Positions 8,801-16,891 of a stretch of DNA of 64,000 nucleotides are shown here, piece by piece. A model generated the notes under the pieces. That model ran no database searches and was not told the DNA's origin. It was given only the letters and a program-made list of their open reading frames with translations. Numbering within the stretch: the stretch's first letter is position 1; each line of letters opens with the position of its first letter. Position numbers and translations under genes: made by a program. The DNA lies in IMG/VR virus record IMGVR_UViG_3300020577_002484, positions 12,858 to 76,857 of that record. The stretch is one strand, 5' to 3'. This DNA comes from a virus. Its lineage: Duplodnaviria > Caudoviricetes.

Positions 8801-8931
8801 TTTAGCATCATCCTTGAATAGTGTTTATAGAAGATAAATTCGCTGAACTGACCATACCCGAAGTTCGCGGACATGGAACGAATTGTATCTTTAGTTTGTT
8901 CTGCAAGCACAAACCTCTGCGTTACATACAT
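5821..8931 (-). CDS. nrdJ: Class II (adenosylcobalamin-dependent, monomeric type) ribonucleotide reductase with an intein
   Basis: PPGRGLW, LYNCAF, GNVRRSAE, NP-[intein]-CGEIPL, VCNLAE, TCKPGGT, C-terminal CDGPQC. Confidence 0.92.
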   Translation of the reverse strand: MYVTQRFVLAEQTKDTIRSMSANFGYGQFSEFIFYKHYSRMMLNGKMESWADCVIRVTEGVMSIRKDHYIKNHLFWDDFQWQHYALGFAISMFNMYWLPPGRGLWAMGTEFVYQRGAMALYNCAFTNLTDVIGDDIHWAMDCLMNGVGVGAQPLRSGLEVFSPKSNGRDFVVEDSREGWCDSTKSLIESYLTKGCSRPRFIYDEIRPEGEPIKGFGGVASGPGPLIELHNRIDKYMRMYLEDPYYDTILLKSDIMNATGCCVVSGNVRRSAEILSGSIYDETFMNLKDYTTFPHRAEVGYMSNNSVKLEEPEDFQQLGEIARRVIKNGEPGFINSMNLPLGRIGKTEYARKDYATGMNPCLRASSKVLTPNGITTFDQVDVGSKIWSEDGWVTIEKKWSTGVNPVFAYRTNANVFYGTANHRVVCEGMKVEVKDAFGIDVLEGPAGIATDQLDPQDIMDGLVVGDGSQENNHVCLNIGANDHDYFLSEVAHLIGESYSKDYCHKVKTTIHRLPLTYERTIDGRFYLCNPSKMAGFLRGLYSANGSVIRGRVCLKASSFKVIEAAQMMLSALGIRSYYTKEEGKIIEFGNGTYLCRDSWNLQISTDRDVFYKYIGFIQNYKTEKLKKIVNGTGKNNKSKLTYEILSEEYLGEEETWDITVNGPSHTFWAQGCNVSNCGEIPLEHREVCNLAETLPTRCNNDAQWLKACEYATFYCSTVSLLPTHRKSTNKVVAKNRRIGVSLVDFTGWKHNSELNKVVALLRKGYEVVCDTNRWANGEAGVPEAIRKTTCKPGGTTPKLAGKTSGAGYPTFKWTVRRVRVATFQPIFKLLVKAGVPHEPDVTDPTRTYVFEFPIIQGPAKPAEEVTVWEQSNNIIVLQREWADNAVSNTLYFKPKWVLVKHLFTADTLQSAKKIAHDYGFDFDEIEHESENSFHKIKVTRNETRTPVDVKLYTYNIKHEEDDIENVLSSIAPLTKSVSLLPHTAAGVYQQMPEEGITEEEYNHRIKQIQPIDWSELTNSNPEAELYCDGPQCQINVG
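6907..7854 (-). mobile_element. Intein (316 aa) with LAGLIDADG homing endonuclease, inserted just before the thiyl-radical Cys
   Basis: Starts CLRASSKVLTPNG, ends HTFWAQGCNVSN followed by C+1; LAGLIDADG-like IMDGLVVGDG and FLRGLYSANG. Confidence 0.9.
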
Positions 8932-8940
8932 GGGCTATTC

Positions 8941-9318
8941 TCACTTCATTCTTAATTGTTGTTTCAGGAAATACTCCCTCCAGTTGTGAGGTTTCCTAAG
9001 TTTGTCTATCTCAGAATCAGAAGCACCAACCAAGATCCATATGGCTGCACCGTGTGCTTCAAAGATTGGAAACCACTCACATTGGGCAGGGGTAAAGACA
9101 TGCTTCTCAGGATGTTTTACCTCTACCCACCTTTCACCGTATGTCTTGTGCCGACAGTACAAGTCAGGGAAGCCAGCTTGGAACATGCTACCATGAGTAG
9201 GTTTCACCAACCATTCTCGGTACCTTAGTTCCCTTATAATGGCTTCCTGAATATCAGCTTCTGACTCTTTGTGCTTTTTTAGTGACCCCATTGGCTCCAT
9301 TGACGGTCTCCATAGCAA
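8941..9318 (-). CDS. VRR-NUC nuclease (probable junction resolvase)
   Basis: E.DIQ..II..L, GFPDL, WVEVK, TPAQ..W. Confidence 0.85.
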   Translation of the reverse strand: MLWRPSMEPMGSLKKHKESEADIQEAIIRELRYREWLVKPTHGSMFQAGFPDLYCRHKTYGERWVEVKHPEKHVFTPAQCEWFPIFEAHGAAIWILVGASDSEIDKLRKPHNWREYFLKQQLRMK

Positions 9319-9523
9319 GTGACAAAGTGATCATTTGAACGACGTTGTGCAAGGACTCAACTTTCTTCGTTTGCTTGTACTCGTTGAGGTACTCCTCAGC
9401 ACGGATCAAACAATACTCTGGGCTACTGTTGGCAATGGCTGTTCTGAACAGGATAGCGGTCGGGTCGAAAATGAATTGACGAATGATTTCTTTGATGAGG
9501 GTTTTGGTAACACGTTGTTTCAT
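9254..9523 (-). CDS. Hypothetical protein
   Basis: ORF of 89 aa in the operon strand. Confidence 0.55.
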   Translation of the reverse strand: MKQRVTKTLIKEIIRQFIFDPTAILFRTAIANSSPEYCLIRAEEYLNEYKQTKKVESLHNVVQMITLSLAMETVNGANGVTKKAQRVRS

Positions 9524-9532
9524 GGTTTTCTT

Positions 9533-9853
9533 TCACATTTTCATAATTTTGAGGAAGTCACGTTTCAACTCTTCAAGGTGCCCCTTGATGAGATTCTGTT
9601 CTTGCAGTCCAGTAATCTCATGAAGAAGGTACATCTGCCAAACTGATGAGGTCAGTCCCGGAAGTGTCCAGACTTGGTTCGCTTGGGTCCAAGGACCATC
9701 ATAAAGGTACTTTACCGCAAGCTCGATCAAATCTTTGTTTTGCCTCGGTACTATACCATCCAACACATCTTTCAATCTCTCAATGAAGATTGAGTCTACG
9801 CCCGAGTAGAGTAGAATCTCAACCATGTTGTCTAGCATCTCAGCAAAAGACAA
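9533..9853 (-). CDS. Hypothetical protein
   Basis: ORF of 106 aa in the operon strand. Confidence 0.65.
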   Translation of the reverse strand: MSFAEMLDNMVEILLYSGVDSIFIERLKDVLDGIVPRQNKDLIELAVKYLYDGPWTQANQVWTLPGLTSSVWQMYLLHEITGLQEQNLIKGHLEELKRDFLKIMKM

Positions 9854-9857
9854 TTCT

Positions 9858-10097
9858 TCACTCGTCTTGATCTGATTCAGTTTGGTCCTCTATTCTTACA
9901 TTTTCTTGATCTTGAAGAAGTCTCAAAGCCTTATTGTACGAGGCAACGAACTCGCAGCATTCTCTGTACACAATATACTCACACTCCGATAAGGTCTTAC
10001 CCTCAGCACGCATATAAGACATACGCATGATGATATTGTAAGCCATAACGTAGGATTCGCTTATTTGGACGCCCAACTTTTCATCCCCATCTTCCAC
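9858..10097 (-). CDS. Hypothetical protein
   Basis: ORF of 79 aa overlapping the polymerase end; true start may be internal. Confidence 0.55.
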   Translation of the reverse strand: MEDGDEKLGVQISESYVMAYNIIMRMSYMRAEGKTLSECEYIVYRECCEFVASYNKALRLLQDQENVRIEDQTESDQDE

Positions 10098-12358
10098 TCC
10101 ATCCCAATGAGAGGGATTAGAGGTCTGAATGACTCTACTGTGTCACTCACGATCTTCTTTACTTGAAGTTCATAACCCCATTTTACTGGGCACAAGATTT
10201 CGTCATGAATGTTCATGGGCATGACAATCCATTCATTGATACCAGAAGGTTGAATCTGCCAAATCTTCTCTTGCACAATCTTAGTGATCCCTGCACCAGT
10301 ACCTTGAATCTCATGGTTGGTAGCTGATCTCACATTAGACTGTTGCAAGGCGAAAGCTGCACCAAACAAAGCTGACCGTGCTGCACCTTGTTCGGTCTGT
10401 TGACTTCCATCCCTGCGTCTGTTGACCTTTGCTTTGAAGGTCAACCAAGACTTGGGAGGGTCGTTACCCAGATCAAACAAAGCCTTGCAAATCATGTTTT
10501 CTAGGGTATAGTACCTTTTGAAGCCAAGCAAGGTTGGCATGAACTCAGCAGGCTCTTTCCAGATGATCCTGCTACCTATACCACCCACCTGTCTCATGGA
10601 CTGGAACATATTGGTAACACGAATCTGGGCACGAGCCACACCCTCATAGGTCTTGGCCCAATTCTCCATCGTGTTATCAGCCATCTCTTGACTGAGACCA
10701 ATATTGTTTACAAGAGAGTGGGCAGTACCACCATACAAAGAACTGAACAGTCCAGACTTACCCTTTTTGTATTTGTCATTCTCAGTATGCTGAGAAAGCA
10801 AGATACTATCGTAGGTCTCTTCGGGAAACATGGCCTGTGCGAACAGAGCATGGATCTTTTTACCAGACTTAAGTTCCTCTGTGAGCTTAGGATCATCGTA
10901 AATTGAAACTGCAATACCAACCTCAAACGAATCGAAGTCACCTCCACAAAGACTCATGCCCGGCCAATTTAGGTAAAAGCATTCTCGAACTTCTTTGGTA
11001 GCTTTGATACCTTGAGGGTTCAGTCCGTCGGCCCCAGCCATACGACCAGACAGGGCACCAATGATTTTGAATGAAGCGTGAAACCGTTCAGCTTGGAGAA
11101 GTTTGTCAAACAGTTCACGTTCTTTTCCAGCGGTCCGTGCAGCAGTAACAGCCTTTGCACGTTTAGTGATCTCATTGTCAATGGTACCGGTACCACCACA
11201 AGTCTTGCACTCCTTATCAGGTTCCCCTGACACTAAGGTGCAATCACATTCATCACCCCAAGTGGCCATCTCTTCCATAGTTACCTTATCGGTGCTATTC
11301 TCGGTGACAGCTACTTGTTCTGGAGTCAACAGGGGGAAGATCCATCTCTTCACATAGTGATGGTCCGTTGGGGCGGACTTTTCCTTCTGCTCGGCAATCT
11401 GTCTCTGCTTTTCTATCTTAGTGGTATCAACCCTGAAACCACGCCAACGTATTGCAGCGACAGCACAAGCAAGATTACTGTCCACATCTCCCACCTCAGG
11501 TCGTCCGAAATAGTCGTAAAGACGCCGGGTATAATCCACATCTTTTCTGGCGTACGTTCTCGCAAGTTCATTATACTCCCAATGGTCTATGTGTAACTTG
11601 ATCATTTGGGGCCATGTCCCCTGCCAGTTTTTCTTACTAGCGAAAGGAATGGCCTTGGCATAAGGAGCGTGTCCTACCTCTTTAGGTAGGAACTTCCTGT
11701 CCACCTCAATGTCAGAGAAACGAAGAATATCATCTTCCTTCTCACCCAAAGCATCTATGGCTAAGACCTTCAAAGCTGTTGAAGGCTTGAACTTCAGGAC
11801 GACATCTTTGAAGTCTGGATTAACGTGTCCATCACCATCGGTGACATCATATACTTGCCACCGTTTGTTGGTATCACCACCACGAGCGAAGTAAATGTCT
11901 TTGAGCGGTATACGTGCTTCAAGTTCATCGGCAAGCTGGAAGGCAATGGCTGTAGGAACCCTCTTGATACGAATATCATGACGGTCCATGCACGATTGGT
12001 ATGGGCCTTTGCGAGCTTCAAGGAACAAGTCGCACGCTTTGACCGGCTTAAGGCATAATCCATCTCTGGCATAAGGTTCAAGCTCACCAAGTTCATCAAT
12101 CAGATCAACAGGGTAAGCGTCCCAATCATCAATGAGTGAGAAGACAGTATAGGCTTTGCATAGTTGGAAATGGTCGAATGCAAGGTTGAACCCGACCACC
12201 CCTGTCTCATGCTCCATGAACATCTTGATTAGGCGAAGGTTATCTCCAATGGTATTGTACCAGAAGTTATGAAGATAAATATCACCATCATTTACTGCAT
12301 ATTGCAGTAAGACTGGCATTCCGTGCAGGCCGCAAGTTTCTGTATCATAGAAGATCAT
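10061..12358 (-). CDS. polA: Family A DNA polymerase with 3'-5' exonuclease
   Basis: ExoI DTET, ExoII FNLAFD, ExoIII YARKD; SGRM, motif A DFDSFE, motif B KSGLFSSLYG, IQGTGA, motif C IHDE. Confidence 0.92.
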   Translation of the reverse strand: MIFYDTETCGLHGMPVLLQYAVNDGDIYLHNFWYNTIGDNLRLIKMFMEHETGVVGFNLAFDHFQLCKAYTVFSLIDDWDAYPVDLIDELGELEPYARDGLCLKPVKACDLFLEARKGPYQSCMDRHDIRIKRVPTAIAFQLADELEARIPLKDIYFARGGDTNKRWQVYDVTDGDGHVNPDFKDVVLKFKPSTALKVLAIDALGEKEDDILRFSDIEVDRKFLPKEVGHAPYAKAIPFASKKNWQGTWPQMIKLHIDHWEYNELARTYARKDVDYTRRLYDYFGRPEVGDVDSNLACAVAAIRWRGFRVDTTKIEKQRQIAEQKEKSAPTDHHYVKRWIFPLLTPEQVAVTENSTDKVTMEEMATWGDECDCTLVSGEPDKECKTCGGTGTIDNEITKRAKAVTAARTAGKERELFDKLLQAERFHASFKIIGALSGRMAGADGLNPQGIKATKEVRECFYLNWPGMSLCGGDFDSFEVGIAVSIYDDPKLTEELKSGKKIHALFAQAMFPEETYDSILLSQHTENDKYKKGKSGLFSSLYGGTAHSLVNNIGLSQEMADNTMENWAKTYEGVARAQIRVTNMFQSMRQVGGIGSRIIWKEPAEFMPTLLGFKRYYTLENMICKALFDLGNDPPKSWLTFKAKVNRRRDGSQQTEQGAARSALFGAAFALQQSNVRSATNHEIQGTGAGITKIVQEKIWQIQPSGINEWIVMPMNIHDEILCPVKWGYELQVKKIVSDTVESFRPLIPLIGMEWKMGMKSWASK

Positions 12359-12366
12359 AGGTTGCC

Positions 12367-12567
12367 TTAGTTATTGCTTGGGTTGATCCCGCCACGCTTC
12401 CACGCCTCACCATCGTCTTCATCCTTAGGAGGGGTGTAAGTGAAATCATCAGAAGGTAGTTTCTTAACTACACCGTGTACTATCACCGTTGCACAGACTG
12501 TTGCAACACTGAAGCACACAGTAGCAAGGAAAGCTAATGTCATAACAAGATCATTCAGATTGTTCAT
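12367..12567 (-). CDS. Small membrane protein
   Basis: MNNLNDLVMTLAFLATV... one TM helix and a charged tail; the ORF-track extension overlaps ParB. Confidence 0.55.
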   Translation of the reverse strand: MNNLNDLVMTLAFLATVCFSVATVCATVIVHGVVKKLPSDDFTYTPPKDEDDGEAWKRGGINPSNN

Positions 12568-13510
12568 CGCTTGTGAGTTCCTTGAGTCTGATGGCACGAT
12601 CGCGGATTTCCTGCGGCATCTTCCACTCTCTACCGAACCCCTCTGCGTAGGATTCGATCTCCTCAAGAAGTTCAAACGTGTTCACATGACCGGCCACCCA
12701 ACCAAGGACTCTAGCTTCCAAGCAAGGTCCAACAGCCTCCATGATCATGTCTTGAATGGAATAAATCTCATTCAATGATCGTATCTTGTTAGAGAGTGGG
12801 TTAGACACCTTAGCTTCAGAAATCTTCTTGGCCTTACGGTTGATGGTAGACTCACCGCGAGCTTTCGATTCCTTCAAACAACGGTAGGTTGCGTAAAGGT
12901 CTTCTTTGACCCCAACAAGAGGGAGCAGGGTTTTGGCTTGCTCAAAGGTGATCGTACCAATTGACAACTCATCCTGAATGTCTTGTGGCAACTGAAGAAT
13001 GTCGATTCTGTCCTTGACCCAAGAGCCAGAGAAACCTACCATCTTACCGATGGAAACGTAGTCCATTCCAAGAACTCTAAACCTTTTCATGAACTCGGCA
13101 ATCTTGATCAGACTAATATCCTTACGGTGGATATTCTCTGCCAAGTTGTGACGCATGGCATCAAGTTCTGAAAGTCCAGTTCTGATGGATGCACGAATAG
13201 TGGGGAGGCCGAGGTGCTTGCAGGCTGTATATCGTCTGTGGCCCACAACGATCTTATATTTGTACTTACCGTTCGGGTCATTGAACGGCTGGACAAGGAT
13301 GGCTTGCAACAGGCCATCCCTCTTAATCTCTGCCATCAGATCCATCACATCAAACTTGGTAATGTCACCACGACAATTGAAACTCCCGTCGCAGAAGATT
13401 TCTGCAATAGGGAGTTCCTGTTCAGTAATGTGGTCACCATTATTGAATGTGACAGGTTCAAGCTCCCGCTTGAACTCATCAGATACTTCTTGTTGAGTGT
13501 ACTCAGACAT
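12551..13510 (-). CDS. ParB/Spo0J-like protein 1 (CTPase fold plus HTH)
   Basis: NCR...DLMAEIKRDGLLQAILV, VVGHRRYTAC, LAENIHRKDI, HTH IGKMVGFSGSWV. Confidence 0.85.
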   Translation of the reverse strand: MSEYTQQEVSDEFKRELEPVTFNNGDHITEQELPIAEIFCDGSFNCRGDITKFDVMDLMAEIKRDGLLQAILVQPFNDPNGKYKYKIVVGHRRYTACKHLGLPTIRASIRTGLSELDAMRHNLAENIHRKDISLIKIAEFMKRFRVLGMDYVSIGKMVGFSGSWVKDRIDILQLPQDIQDELSIGTITFEQAKTLLPLVGVKEDLYATYRCLKESKARGESTINRKAKKISEAKVSNPLSNKIRSLNEIYSIQDMIMEAVGPCLEARVLGWVAGHVNTFELLEEIESYAEGFGREWKMPQEIRDRAIRLKELTSDEQSE

Positions 13511-15521
13511 AGATTGCCTCTTCCAGTTGTCCTAATGAGATGTCTTGAAGTTCTTTCTTCTTCCGAAGATTCTCAAGGACCAATTGATCTGATGGTAAAT
13601 GGATGAGGTCAATGATGGTTGCACCTTTGTTCACATCCATACTGATACGATGAATACGATCTTCTGACTGCATTCTTGCGTCAGCCGAGAAAGTGTTGGA
13701 GTAGTACAAAATGGTAGGAGATTTGGTCAGGGTAAGTCCAGTACCGGCAGCTTCAGGATTCCCAATGAAAACTACTCTGGGGACTTCTTCCAGCTTCTCC
13801 TGAAACACGTTAAGCAGGTCCGTTGGGCTGAGTTGAGTATTGAAGGAACTTCTGTACCCTCTACCATCAACTGCAATCCACTCCCACTTCATAGACTTTG
13901 CGATTTCAATGCAGCGGTCCACAGAACCCATGAACCCCGCAAAGACCACAAGACGACCAACATCCTCATGCTCATCAAGTAAGTCACGAAGATACTGTTC
14001 TTTAGGCGTGTCAAGCTGTCTTGCAGTCCTCTCATAAGTCTTGATCTCACCAACACCATCACAGTGCTGACAGGCCAGTTGCTCCTGTTTGTAGAGGTTC
14101 GGGAATTCAACGCTGTTAATGGTAATTGATTCAAGTTCTTCATCGCTGACGAAATCTCTTCCATTGAGAAGGCCAAGCTCCGACATGAACTCAAAGGTCT
14201 TTGCAGGGCCACAATACACATCTTGTAGTGTGGTACGGGTACCTTCGCAGAGTGGGCATGTTTGCTTACCCTTCTCAGTTTCTTCATATAGAAACCCATC
14301 AGACAACTCCCTCAGATGTGTCAGAGCTTTGATCGTACTTGAAGACTTCTTAACCAACAACCGTGCAGCACGCAACGTGTCTGTAGTCGGTGGTAGCTGT
14401 ACCACTTTGTAAATCTTGTCAGGAAGATTCAGACACTCTTTCTTCGTCTTGACAATGACCAGACCTTGCATACGCTTGTACAGGTTGGACACCTCATTGA
14501 CACACTTCTTATAGTCATGACGGTGGAGGTTAGACAAAGAGTGTTCTATGGAGTCTTTACCTTCTCCGCAAACGTCACAACGTAACTCGTTGTCCCTCCA
14601 AGCTTTTCTCTCAGGGTACACCCCTCCTGTACCATTATCCTTTTGTACAACGATAGCCAATCTGTAGGTGAATTTGTGAATGTCACCCTCCATGATATAG
14701 CCGGGGCGGGCAATCTCACACTGGTGGTACCAGTCCACCGGAGTCTTAGGTGCCGGGGCACCAGACATCTCAATCACATAACCCGCAGGACCATGTTCTC
14801 TACGAATGGCATCAGCAATGTACATAGCGGCTTTGGACCGTTGTGCTGTTGGAGTCTTGAACCTTGCAGATTCATCGAACACAACACCTTGATGGATCAA
14901 TCGACCGGGAGTCCAATTGTTTGCGTACTTCTCAAGTGAGGAGCATGTGACAAAGGTAGGATTGACCTTACTGTTCCATTTCTTGAATTCCAACTTGACA
15001 GAGTTCAAAGCGGAAGCAGGACCGACCCAAAGCCAATCCTTGACTCCGCTTATCTCCATCGCTTCCATAGCTGATAGTGTCTTGCCAGTACCCATCTCAC
15101 CAGCGATAATCGCGTAGTGTCTCGTGATGAAGTGCTGGATGAATTCATACTGATGAGGGTACACGTTCCTACCAGAATGCAGCATGGTAATCATACCATC
15201 TGACATCTTTGTGTGCGGGATGTCAATCAGAGGAATGTCATATTGGAAGTAAGGATTCTTACCTTCCATGAATTCAATCTGGAACCAGTTGTGGAAGTTA
15301 TCGTCGCACGACCATTGTTTGACAGGGTTATCATCAAACCCGTGCCACTTCATACCGGACATACACTTCTTCAGATCGTCAGTCAGCTTCTTGTTGAAGC
15401 CATACTGCAACCACAGTTTATTACCTTTCTTGGTAAAAATGACAGGAACAGATCGTTTGATCCCATTGTCCATTGTCACGATAAGGTCTGTTCTGTAACT
15501 TTCACCATGCTCAAGGATCAT
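13503..15521 (-). CDS. SF2 (SNF2-like) helicase with zinc-binding inserts
   Basis: GEMGTGKT, VFDES, MSGAP, GTGLTL, QSEDRIHR. Confidence 0.85.
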   Translation of the reverse strand: MILEHGESYRTDLIVTMDNGIKRSVPVIFTKKGNKLWLQYGFNKKLTDDLKKCMSGMKWHGFDDNPVKQWSCDDNFHNWFQIEFMEGKNPYFQYDIPLIDIPHTKMSDGMITMLHSGRNVYPHQYEFIQHFITRHYAIIAGEMGTGKTLSAMEAMEISGVKDWLWVGPASALNSVKLEFKKWNSKVNPTFVTCSSLEKYANNWTPGRLIHQGVVFDESARFKTPTAQRSKAAMYIADAIRREHGPAGYVIEMSGAPAPKTPVDWYHQCEIARPGYIMEGDIHKFTYRLAIVVQKDNGTGGVYPERKAWRDNELRCDVCGEGKDSIEHSLSNLHRHDYKKCVNEVSNLYKRMQGLVIVKTKKECLNLPDKIYKVVQLPPTTDTLRAARLLVKKSSSTIKALTHLRELSDGFLYEETEKGKQTCPLCEGTRTTLQDVYCGPAKTFEFMSELGLLNGRDFVSDEELESITINSVEFPNLYKQEQLACQHCDGVGEIKTYERTARQLDTPKEQYLRDLLDEHEDVGRLVVFAGFMGSVDRCIEIAKSMKWEWIAVDGRGYRSSFNTQLSPTDLLNVFQEKLEEVPRVVFIGNPEAAGTGLTLTKSPTILYYSNTFSADARMQSEDRIHRISMDVNKGATIIDLIHLPSDQLVLENLRKKKELQDISLGQLEEAIYV

Positions 15522-15523
15522 AT

Positions 15524-16048
15524 TTATTTCCTGTGTTGAAGTTTGAATGTGTTGTCTGGTAGCTGTACCCGGTTATAATCTGAGAACATGGCCCCAAGGC
15601 CCTCTGAATCAAATAACTCAATAGCCCTATCCCCAAATGACCTCAGTGAGAAACTTGCGGAGCCTGTGCAGCTATTTATTACTGCTGACCTCCATTGATC
15701 GAGGTCTCCTGAAATTATAGTGAAAAGGAAACCGTCTGATGATTTACCCGACACTGTGGAGAGCTTGGTATTTTGTATGACCTCATTAAGCTCATCCAAT
15801 GTCGAGAACATAGCCACGTTATAGTGGACATGGTCCAACGCAAAGCCCGGATTCTTACCAACTAAAGAGGGTTTAGAACCGGGTGACTTAATTTCGTGTA
15901 AGGTGGTGAGAAACCCTAATGGGATTTCTGGCTTGATGCCTACCTCATCAAGTGTCTTGGATACCGAACGGTGGAGAATCTGATTAGCTCCAGCTAAGTA
16001 AGAGTTCCAATTTATGTTCGTCTTACCAATGATTATTAGCTTTATCAT
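15524..16048 (-). CDS. Hypothetical protein, possibly a degenerate ThyX fold
   Basis: ALDHVHYNVAM and IISGDLDQWR...SLRSFGDRAIELF echo ThyX EH.xF and T.N.R...WEI...A segments; no RHRxxS motif. Confidence 0.35.
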   Translation of the reverse strand: MIKLIIIGKTNINWNSYLAGANQILHRSVSKTLDEVGIKPEIPLGFLTTLHEIKSPGSKPSLVGKNPGFALDHVHYNVAMFSTLDELNEVIQNTKLSTVSGKSSDGFLFTIISGDLDQWRSAVINSCTGSASFSLRSFGDRAIELFDSEGLGAMFSDYNRVQLPDNTFKLQHRK

Positions 16049-16063
16049 AGATTCCCTAAAAAG

Positions 16064-16103
16064 AAAAAGAGGTTGACCCCTGTGATGGAGCCAACCTCTT
16101 TTT
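16064..16103 (-). terminator. Intrinsic terminator
   Basis: AAAAAGAGGTTG/CAACCTCTTTTT inverted repeat with a U tract on the minus strand after 16111. Confidence 0.75.
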
Positions 16104-16110
16104 GGTATTG

Positions 16111-16809
16111 TTACCGTGCCCGGTCCGTGGCAGCAGCCGCGGTGGCATCAACGGACTTCACATCGGTATCGGTGGGGTTGGCGAATTTCTCAGCGATACG
16201 AGTGAGTTCAGCATGGTCAGGCAGATTTTCCTGAGCGATGGGTGTCGAGGACGCAAGGATCTGTGGGGCTTCCCACTTGTACTTTGCATTCTTCGCAAGA
16301 CGCCACTTCAACAGGATAGCCTTACCCATAGACGATTCCACATTGTCAGCTTCGTTACGAGCCGAAGCGTTGTTCATGTGGTAAACCACAAACTTCTTCT
16401 GGGTCGGGAGCCAGAGCAGGAACTCGGGGCCGTACATGCAGCCAGAGTCCTTTTCGCTGGACTTCTCTTTGACCTTCTGGTACTCCGGATTTTCCGGATT
16501 GTAGAAGGTCTCGAACACTTGCCCGATGATTCGGACAGCTTTCCATCGCCAAGAAACAGGAATAGCAACGACCTCTTCGCCAAGGTCGATCAAGACTTGA
16601 TTCTCGGTGAGGCCATAGTGACCTCTGCTGATGGTGCCCTCCTTCACTTCGCCACTGTTGCTACCATACAACTTGATGTATGGGAGGAAGCCAGCGGATC
16701 GGATCTCGCTCTTGAACACTTCGCGGTTTGCGTGTTGGTTCTGGGCGAGTCCCGACATAGGAATGAGCGATTGTTCTGCGGGGACTGTTGCGGGAAGGTC
16801 AGACGACAT
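16111..16809 (-). CDS. Highly expressed hypothetical protein, possibly ssDNA-binding
   Basis: GC3-biased codons, beta-rich aromatic core (FLPYIKL, GPEFLLW), position in the replication module. Confidence 0.5.
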   Translation of the reverse strand: MSSDLPATVPAEQSLIPMSGLAQNQHANREVFKSEIRSAGFLPYIKLYGSNSGEVKEGTISRGHYGLTENQVLIDLGEEVVAIPVSWRWKAVRIIGQVFETFYNPENPEYQKVKEKSSEKDSGCMYGPEFLLWLPTQKKFVVYHMNNASARNEADNVESSMGKAILLKWRLAKNAKYKWEAPQILASSTPIAQENLPDHAELTRIAEKFANPTDTDVKSVDATAAAATDRAR

Positions 16810-16845
16810 GAGGTTGTTCTTTCGTTTTGTTTATTGAGAGGGTAA

Positions 16846-16874
16846 ACCCGGCCCCAAGAATCATGGGGCCGGGT
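16846..16874. terminator. GC-rich hairpin (terminator or processing stem)
   Basis: ACCCGGCCCCA-N7-TGGGGCCGGGT between ParB2 and the downstream gene; weak U tract. Confidence 0.5.
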
Positions 16875-16891
16875 ACTGATACCAAGATCGC

